This document shows positions 57,315-64,000 of a stretch of 64,000 nucleotides of DNA, in pieces. Source of the stretch: Bdellovibrionales bacterium (GTDB lineage Bacteria; Bdellovibrionota; Bdellovibrionia; Bdellovibrionales; UBA1609); contig JAWLHR010000018.1 in NCBI GenBank assembly GCA_041690295.1, positions 1-64,000 of the forward strand, read 5' to 3'. The number at the start of each line of letters is the position of its first letter. Position 1 is the first letter of the stretch. A program made the position numbers and the translations under genes. The notes under the pieces were generated by a model. That model did no database searches. It was given only the letters and a program-made list of their open reading frames with translations, and was not told the origin of the DNA.

Positions 57315-58813
57315 TCCGGCTTGTATTGCAGGTACATGTTATAGAACAAAGCGGCCTTATCGTGTTGTCCAAGCCGCTGATAAGCCGCGGCCAAATTGCG
57401 GTACGAATAGTAAAAACGGGGATTGATTTCAACCGCGCGATGTAAGTGAACCAAAGCGGTTTGGTATTCTCCCCGTTTCATATAGAGCTCCGCCAGATTG
57501 TGGTGAGCGTGGGGAACATTGTCCCTGATGGCGATCGCCTTTAGGTATTGCTCGATCGCCTTGTCATCCTGACCGGCGTCACTGTAGGCCATTCCCAAAT
57601 TATTGTGCACCCGTTGCGTACCCCGGGTGTGCGATAGAATGTGTTCGTAAAATGTAATGGGATCGGCCCACACGCGGTTTTGTTGGAATGTCAAAACCGC
57701 AAGGTTCGCCGCGATCACACCCACAAGAACCGGTGACCAACGCGGGACCTTCTTGAGCGAACTCAACCGCCGAGCCCCTCCCAGAAAAAAACCGATCGAC
57801 GGAAAGTAAAGCCAGTGTTCCAAAAACAACGAGTTCACCGGCAAAAGCACTCCCGTGTGGGGAATGTGAGCGGCGAAAAACCAAAGTCCCATCAGCGAGT
57901 AAGGACGGATTGGATTTTTCCGTTCACGAAACCATCCCCAAAACGCCAGGAGAAGGATGATCGTCCCCAAAACGGTGGGCCAGGTCAGCCAGGAGGTAAA
58001 TACCGGAAAGTTCCGTTCCATGTGCAGGCCCGTCGGCCAGAACAACAGCGATAAATAAGCCGGCAAAGTGGCCAAAAAGGTGAGAAAGCGAAACCACATG
58101 CTCTCGGTATAAATATTTGGCTCGGCATAAAAGCTGAACGTGTCATCAAAGTCCAAAACGGTTTTTCGTAAAATCAGATAAATGATCGCGATCAACCACA
58201 GCGGCCAGGTTTTAAGATAGGCGCGCCAATCCAGGGGTTTTTCCGCTTCAATCGCGATCATAACCATGCACATGACCGGAAAAACAATCGCCGATTCCTT
58301 ACTTAAAAGGCCCGCGATAAAATAAAGACTCGCCAACCACATCCGCGGGAATGCCAACAAGCCAAGAAGCATGAATGCCGAATGAAGCGGATCGGCCGTG
58401 GCGCTCAAGTAGGTGACGGCTTCCGTGTGAACCGGGTGAAGCGCCCAAAGCAAGGTCGCGGCGAAAATAAAGGGCGCGGAAACTTTCAACCGTTCCGTGC
58501 CGAGTTTGAAAATCAAAAACGCATTTAAAACATGAAGCAAAACGTTCAGAGCATGAAAGGCCCAAGGTCTCAGTCCAAAAATTTGATGAACGATAAAATA
58601 AGCCAAGGTCTGCATCGGCCGGTAAAAGGAGTCCTGGCCGCCGGCTCCCATGGTCGATGAGCTGGTAAAAATCCGGCCGAAGTATTCCCAGTCGGTGATA
58701 AACCGGTTTTTTTGTAAAAGAAATTCGTCGTCCAGGAGAAAACCATTGCCGTAGACATTCGCGTACGCGCCGATCACCGCCAGCGCGAGAGCCATCAAGT
58801 ATCGCGGAGCCAT
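57311..58813 (-). CDS. TMTC-like GT-C glycosyltransferase with C-terminal TPRs
   Basis: FLLDD, YRP, HPVHTEAV, LLSKES, EHWLYFPS; TPRs (HNNLG, HHNLA). Confidence 0.85.
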   Translation of the reverse strand: MAPRYLMALALAVIGAYANVYGNGFLLDDEFLLQKNRFITDWEYFGRIFTSSSTMGAGGQDSFYRPMQTLAYFIVHQIFGLRPWAFHALNVLLHVLNAFLIFKLGTERLKVSAPFIFAATLLWALHPVHTEAVTYLSATADPLHSAFMLLGLLAFPRMWLASLYFIAGLLSKESAIVFPVMCMVMIAIEAEKPLDWRAYLKTWPLWLIAIIYLILRKTVLDFDDTFSFYAEPNIYTESMWFRFLTFLATLPAYLSLLFWPTGLHMERNFPVFTSWLTWPTVLGTIILLLAFWGWFRERKNPIRPYSLMGLWFFAAHIPHTGVLLPVNSLFLEHWLYFPSIGFFLGGARRLSSLKKVPRWSPVLVGVIAANLAVLTFQQNRVWADPITFYEHILSHTRGTQRVHNNLGMAYSDAGQDDKAIEQYLKAIAIRDNVPHAHHNLAELYMKRGEYQTALVHLHRAVEINPRFYYSYRNLAAAYQRLGQHDKAALFYNMYLQYKPD

Positions 58814-58859
58814 GCTATGATGTTCAAGCTTGGCTCCGCAAAAGGCAAGTTAGAGAAAC

Positions 58860-60389
58860 TTACGGAAGCGGAATGGCGGCGTGGTCGGCGGCCTGTTTCG
58901 CGGACTCGGCATTTTTGCGCGCGCTTTCAGCCAATTGCGCGGCTTGATTGGCCAGTTGTTCCGCTTGTTCGATCACGGCCTTTTTATCCGCCTGGCTGGA
59001 TGCCACGCGAACCACGTCTTCTTTATAGAGCACCGCCATATCCGCGGTGTCTTGAGCGGACTTGGCCGCGGCTTCGGCTTTTTGCAAAGCCTGAAGGGCG
59101 GCTTCCTGGTTGGCGACCGCCTTGGCGGCTTCAGCTTCCTTCAGCGCTTCTTCGGATTTCACCACGTCCTTTTCGATTTCCGCGATGAAGAGTTTGATCG
59201 ATTCAATCATCTGCTCATCGCTGACATTGGCCAATTCATCTTTGCTTCCGTCGTCACTAATGGGTGAGCTAGCGTTGGTGTTATTGGCCGGCTCGTCCAC
59301 CACCTGGCTTTGCTCGGCGGGTTGGGACGCGCCATCTTCGGTGGTGGCGGGTTGATTGCCACCATTTCCACCATCCGTCACGACCTGGGGAAGTTGCGGA
59401 GTGGCCATGTTGTTCTGGGCTTCCTGATAACTCACCTGATGGTTCAAATTGCTGCCCACGATCTTATCACCGGTATTCACCAAGAAAGCGGCGATCCTAT
59501 AAATGACTTTGTCGTTTCCGGACTCATCTTTCACGGTCTGCTTGAACTGGAACATCAGCCCGATCTGTTTACAATCGGAATTGATACAAGTCGCCGCGCC
59601 AAGGACTTCGTCCTGTGCCGCCACGGGTCCGTTACCCTTATTGATCATCACCGTAGTGGATTCAAAAGCTTTGATGGTCTCGGTGAAGCTCACCGGCTGT
59701 TTACTCACATGCAAAGTGGCTTCTTTTTTATCAGCGCCGGTCAAGATCACCGCTTCAACCGAAAGCTTCACCTGCTCCTGCTCCACTCCGGATAAAACGG
59801 AGATTCCTTTGACCAACTCGGAAACAACCGGATCCGGAGCGCTCATCGCCACATTGAAAGCTTCCATCCAAGCGGCGCGGGCGATTCCATCGTTATCGGT
59901 CGCGGAGTTATTATTATTAGAGTTGCTGTTGGAATCGTTGGTCGTATTGTTGTTATTCGAGGCCTGCGAATCTCCGGCGGGATTTTGTGTGGTGCCGGGA
60001 TTGCCGGTCGTATCGCCGCCAACCACTTCGGCCGGTAAAGGCTTGGATCCGGCGTTCTCACCGGTACCACCCGTAACCGTTCCCGTGTTACCGGGATTCG
60101 CCGGAGTTCCGGAGCCGTCATTCGGCTGCAGGAATGGCGGTTGTTGCGTGGGGGTGACTTCCGGATTCACGTCCGAACGCTCTCTGTCCGGATTCTTTTT
60201 AGCCAATTCACCTTGGCCGCCGCCGCAAATCTGGGTCGACTTATTATTTTTCTTCGCCCATTGGTGACATTGTTCAATCGTGTATTTGCGCGATTTCATC
60301 GAACGCATGCGGTCTCCGCACGCGGTTAAAACCGCGACGGACAAGACGCCGGCCAAACCAAAACGAATTGCATTCCACGGACGAACCAT
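58860..60389 (-). CDS. Lipoprotein with N/T/S/G-rich low-complexity linkers and an Ala-rich coiled C-terminus
   Basis: GGAG RBS before ATG 60389; lipobox LTAC. Confidence 0.8.
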   Translation of the reverse strand: MVRPWNAIRFGLAGVLSVAVLTACGDRMRSMKSRKYTIEQCHQWAKKNNKSTQICGGGQGELAKKNPDRERSDVNPEVTPTQQPPFLQPNDGSGTPANPGNTGTVTGGTGENAGSKPLPAEVVGGDTTGNPGTTQNPAGDSQASNNNNTTNDSNSNSNNNNSATDNDGIARAAWMEAFNVAMSAPDPVVSELVKGISVLSGVEQEQVKLSVEAVILTGADKKEATLHVSKQPVSFTETIKAFESTTVMINKGNGPVAAQDEVLGAATCINSDCKQIGLMFQFKQTVKDESGNDKVIYRIAAFLVNTGDKIVGSNLNHQVSYQEAQNNMATPQLPQVVTDGGNGGNQPATTEDGASQPAEQSQVVDEPANNTNASSPISDDGSKDELANVSDEQMIESIKLFIAEIEKDVVKSEEALKEAEAAKAVANQEAALQALQKAEAAAKSAQDTADMAVLYKEDVVRVASSQADKKAVIEQAEQLANQAAQLAESARKNAESAKQAADHAAIPLP

Positions 60390-60614
60390 AAACTTTCTCC
60401 CTCGATTTGAAGTCAGAGTTGACTTCAATCCGCTACGCAATGCGAGCAAGGCCAATGCCATTTAATTAATCAGCGATGCCGAAATAAATGCCGTTTCAGC
60501 ATAAATTTCATGGTCGGTTTGCCGAATTACGTCACTTTCGCCTGTGGAAAGTCCGGAAACTTGTCATGAATCCAACTTGCCGACTGGGCCCGCGTCGAAT
60601 ATTCATTGGGACCT

Positions 60615-62228
60615 ATGAATCAATACAATCGACGTGAGTTCTTGCTCTTCCTTGGGCGTTCGGCCGCAGTGGCTGGAATTTCCCCTTTACTTGTGAACTG
60701 CCAATCGATCGGCGGGTCGAAGGGGCCGCGGCTCCCGTTTCACCCCCTTGAACCAAGCTTTGACGATGATTTGAAATTGGCCAAGGGTTTTAGCTACCAA
60801 ATCGTGGCCCGCTGGCGGCAACCCCTGAATCAGCGTGGAGATCGATTCGGATTCAATAATGACTATATAGCCTACCTGCCGTTCAAAAAAGAAAACCCGG
60901 ATGAAGGCTTAATGTGGGTGAACCACGAATATCATGATCCTTATTATTGTAGCGGCTGGAAGCCGGGCGAAAAGAGAACCGCCAAACAAATGGAAATCGA
61001 ACGCAAAGAGGTGGGCGGAAGCATTCTCCATATTCGCAAAACCGATGGCCGCTGGACGGTGGTGGAAAATTCCTCGTTTAACCGCCGGCTGGATGCCTAC
61101 ACCCCCATTCCCTTGATCTCCGACCGCCCCATACTCGGGCACAAGAAAGCCATCGGCACCTTCGCCAACTGCGCCGGTGGGGTGACTCCCTGGGGGACGG
61201 TCCTTACCTGTGAGGAAAACTACGACAATTTCGTTGGCGAAGCGGTTTTCGAGAACGGCCGACGCCAGGTGAAGATGGGATCCAAGTATGGCTCGTGGCT
61301 GCCGTTCACCAAACTCCCGCCGGAACACTATGGCTGGGTGGTGGAAGTCGATTTGCGCACGGGCAAGGCTAAAAAACTCTGCGCCCTGGGACGATTCGCC
61401 CATGAATGCGCGACTTGTGTGCAAGCCCCGGACGGGCGCACGGTGGTTTACTCCGGCGATGATACGGAAGGCGAGCACATCTATAAATTTATCTCGCTCA
61501 AGCCCGGCTCCCTTGAAGTCGGTGACCTCTATGTGGCGGATACGGTGAACGGCCGGTGGATTCCGTTAGCCCGCCGAACCGATGAAAGGCTTCGTAAAGC
61601 GTTTAAAGACCATACCGAGTTGCTGATCCGCACCCGCGAGGCGGCCAAAATCGTGGGCGCCACGCCGCTGGATCGTCCCGAGGACATAGAATTTGATCCC
61701 ATATCCAAAAATATCTTCGTTGCCCTCACCAATGGGAGGAAATCGGGCAATCACTTTGGATCCATCATGAAAATCGCGGAAAAAGGCGATAATCCGTTGA
61801 GCCTGGAGTTCACCGCGACAACCTTCGCGGCCGGTGGGCCGTCGACGGGCTTTTCCTGCCCTGATAACCTGGCTTTCGACCGCGCCGGCAATCTTTGGAT
61901 GACAACCGATATGTCGGGCTCGTCCATGGGCAAGGAACCTTATAAGCGATTCGGCAATAACGGACTTTTCTTTTTCCCGATGAGCGGACCTCACGCAGGT
62001 CAGGCGTTTCAAGTGGCTTCGGCTCCCAATGGCGCCGAACTGACCGGTCCCTATTTCTCTCCCGACGGCCGAACCTTATTCTTATCCGTTCAGCATCCCG
62101 GTGAGTGGGCCCAATCCCGCCCGGAGATGGTGAGCCACTGGCCCGATGGCGGCGATGCCACCCCCGCACCCTGCGTGGTCGCCATTTCAGGCTCTGCTTT
62201 GGATGAGATCATCGGCGCCACTGTATAA
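60615..62228 (+). CDS. phoX: PhoX-family (DUF839) alkaline phosphatase, Tat-exported
   Basis: NRREFL, NCAGG.TPWGT.LTCEEN, GRFAHE, DRPED, PDN, SVQHPG. Confidence 0.92.
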   Translation: MNQYNRREFLLFLGRSAAVAGISPLLVNCQSIGGSKGPRLPFHPLEPSFDDDLKLAKGFSYQIVARWRQPLNQRGDRFGFNNDYIAYLPFKKENPDEGLMWVNHEYHDPYYCSGWKPGEKRTAKQMEIERKEVGGSILHIRKTDGRWTVVENSSFNRRLDAYTPIPLISDRPILGHKKAIGTFANCAGGVTPWGTVLTCEENYDNFVGEAVFENGRRQVKMGSKYGSWLPFTKLPPEHYGWVVEVDLRTGKAKKLCALGRFAHECATCVQAPDGRTVVYSGDDTEGEHIYKFISLKPGSLEVGDLYVADTVNGRWIPLARRTDERLRKAFKDHTELLIRTREAAKIVGATPLDRPEDIEFDPISKNIFVALTNGRKSGNHFGSIMKIAEKGDNPLSLEFTATTFAAGGPSTGFSCPDNLAFDRAGNLWMTTDMSGSSMGKEPYKRFGNNGLFFFPMSGPHAGQAFQVASAPNGAELTGPYFSPDGRTLFLSVQHPGEWAQSRPEMVSHWPDGGDATPAPCVVAISGSALDEIIGATV

Positions 62229-62358
62229 AAGGTGGACAGCTGTGCGACCGACTTTGGCGCTCTCCTTTCGGCATGAAGATAGGCTGCAATTAAATTAGGC
62301 CCTACAGGGGCCAACCCTTGCACTTCTCCCCGATGAACGGAATTCAAAGGGAGAAGCA

Positions 62359-62895
62359 ATGTTACGTCACATACTTTTTATCGCGCTTTTAGGAAGCCAA
62401 GCTGTTTACGCCAATGGTTTTGCTATCGCAGTAGACGAAGAAGAGACGACGACCTCGGCCGCAAAAGCCGTCAGCGCGGTACGTACCTCGCAAGAATCAC
62501 CCGTCAGCCTCACGGTCTGCGGACGGGGATTTGACGAATCCTCTTCGAAATTGATTGATGTTCTTCGCAACAATTTGAAGGTCACCGAAGCCAAATCTCC
62601 CCTCAACATATTGGTTCGGAACAACGCCCAAGCTGATACATATCAAATTTTCGAGGCCAGAGGAAAACTGATCATCAAAAGTTCGATGGGCTCCGCGCCC
62701 GTGAAAGCTTGCCAGGACTCAAAAGGCAATGTGCAAATTCATATTGATAATGCCTGGACCAGAAACTTCTATTTCGCCATCACACCGGTCGCCAAGAACT
62801 CCGCGGGTCGTTCGCGCCTTCGTCTGAACCAGATTTACACCGACGGCAACGCTCCGGTAAGACTTGGTATTTACGAAGTTCAAACGGCTCGATAG
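62359..62895 (+). CDS. Secreted hypothetical protein
   Basis: GGGAG RBS, signal ending VYA. Confidence 0.72.
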   Translation: MLRHILFIALLGSQAVYANGFAIAVDEEETTTSAAKAVSAVRTSQESPVSLTVCGRGFDESSSKLIDVLRNNLKVTEAKSPLNILVRNNAQADTYQIFEARGKLIIKSSMGSAPVKACQDSKGNVQIHIDNAWTRNFYFAITPVAKNSAGRSRLRLNQIYTDGNAPVRLGIYEVQTAR

Positions 62896-62906
62896 GGGAA
62901 GGCTAG

Positions 62907-63422
62907 ATGAAACGCTTGATCTTGTCAGGTACGCTCGCGCTAGCCCTTTTGAATCCGATCACCAGCTTCGCCGACCTCGAGTTAAGCAATGTGGGACCTT
63001 GGACCATCGTAATCTCACCAGGCAACAAGCCGCGACCCGAGTTCGGTAACGCCACGACCGTCTTGAATCTTTACGACAAACAGGGCGAGGTCCAAGCCAC
63101 GATTATCGTCAAACGGTTGAAGTCTTTGGCGCAAGCGCCTTCAACCCTGGCCGATTGGAATCGTGAAGCGCTTTCCGGAATGGCTTATAAGCCGATCGTT
63201 CAAACCGAAAGTCTGTTGAAATCCGAAGCGGGTGAACGATACATCGCCGAATTTCAAATGGATGTGGGCACCCAAAACATGATGAACGGCGCCATCATGG
63301 CGACCGTGGCTGACGGCGAACTTTGGGCGTTGTCCTATGTGCAGCATCGCCCGATTTACCAAACCCACCGCCAGGCGGTTTTGGAGCTACTGCGGACGAT
63401 CCGACTCAAAGGAACCAACTAG
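62907..63422 (+). CDS. Secreted hypothetical protein (possibly PsbP/DcrB-like)
   Basis: Signal ending SFA; follows the upstream gene closely. Confidence 0.72.
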   Translation: MKRLILSGTLALALLNPITSFADLELSNVGPWTIVISPGNKPRPEFGNATTVLNLYDKQGEVQATIIVKRLKSLAQAPSTLADWNREALSGMAYKPIVQTESLLKSEAGERYIAEFQMDVGTQNMMNGAIMATVADGELWALSYVQHRPIYQTHRQAVLELLRTIRLKGTN

Positions 63423-63679
63423 CCTCGTTTACGAGCCTTCAGGCATTCTTTGAGAGTTTGGAATTCCTCATAGAAGAGCACGTGCGGGTATTCCTTATCA
63501 CCTTTCTCCACGCACTGATTGCCCCCGGATAAATCCATTTTTACCGGTGGACCATAGACCTGCGCCAATTCCATTTGCCGCGCGTTTTTCTTTTTATCGA
63601 CTTTTTTATCGTGAACGGCGAAGGCCGCCGCCTGCATTGAAATTGTCAAAGTCGCGATCAAACCCATCCATGTCTTCAC
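63419..63679 (-). CDS. Small secreted protein
   Basis: GGGAG RBS, GTG start, signal ending AFA, two Cys. Confidence 0.65.
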   Translation of the reverse strand: MKTWMGLIATLTISMQAAAFAVHDKKVDKKKNARQMELAQVYGPPVKMDLSGGNQCVEKGDKEYPHVLFYEEFQTLKECLKARKRG

Positions 63680-63851
63680 ATTATGCTCCCTGGTTGCCCG
63701 TTGGCCCTTTGAAGCGCAGGCAAACCGTGCGCCGAACGAGCCCCGCTTAGATGCGTCGCTGCCGGCCCACTGACAAAAATCGCCTGATCAGCCAAGAAAA
63801 GATTGCAAAGCTTGACCGTGCGTAGGGGGCCTAAGTAGCAATGATGAACGG

Positions 63852-63928
63852 GACCACGTAGCTCAGTAGGATAGAGCAACAGTTTCCTAAACTGTAGGTC
63901 GCAGGTTCGATTCCTGCCGTGGTCGCCA
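63852..63928 (+). tRNA. tRNA-Arg (CCT)
   Basis: GACCACG/CGTGGTC acceptor stem, ACAGT-TTCCTAA-ACTGT anticodon arm, GGTTCGATTCC, encoded CCA. Confidence 0.95.
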
Positions 63929-64000
63929 GTGCCTGCCAAAATCCACTTTTCAGAATTAATTGAGCAAACTCAAATCGACCGGCACATTCAAAGCGTTTGA

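Noticed and set aside
60525..60575. Pho box upstream of phoX
   Set aside because: Only isolated half-sites (GTCAC, TTGTCAT) without the 11-bp tandem spacing.
63676..63939. 87-aa ORF on the minus strand
   Set aside because: It is antisense to tRNA-Arg and its upstream region.
63929..64000. Island boundary after tRNA-Arg
   Set aside because: Only 72 bp are visible, with no repeat or integrase evidence.

Overview
This looks like chromosomal DNA from a Bdellovibrionota (Bdellovibrio-like) bacterium. That assignment is inferred from FQNC-type lipoproteins, an LD-carboxypeptidase/NTF2 gene beside fliL, a gldAFG-like ABC operon and gene order. The window runs from tRNA-Met(CAT) to tRNA-Arg(CCT). 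Most of it is housekeeping: nrdR-nusB, rpsA-cmk, hisC-ilvA, gap-pgk-tpiA, tmk-holB-tatD, secG, an M16 peptidase pair, sppA and phoX. The most unusual part is the ~8.5 kb between ilvA and tpiA (27.5-36.1 kb), which has three components. (i) A four-gene exported operon with three CxxCH heme motifs and a Tat-exported DUF1501-like protein. (ii) A Cys-rich secreted protein whose signal peptide has no canonical start codon. (iii) A stand-alone HNH endonuclease preceded by ~400 bp of degenerate 27-37 bp tandem repeats, with an exact 20-bp sequence found upstream of, inside and downstream of the gene; this is the best candidate for an undescribed system. A CBM96-(PA)28-beta-helix gene is inserted between rpsA and sppA. 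No CRISPR array, rRNA or recognisable transposase was found. All family calls come from reading motifs by eye, not from database searches.
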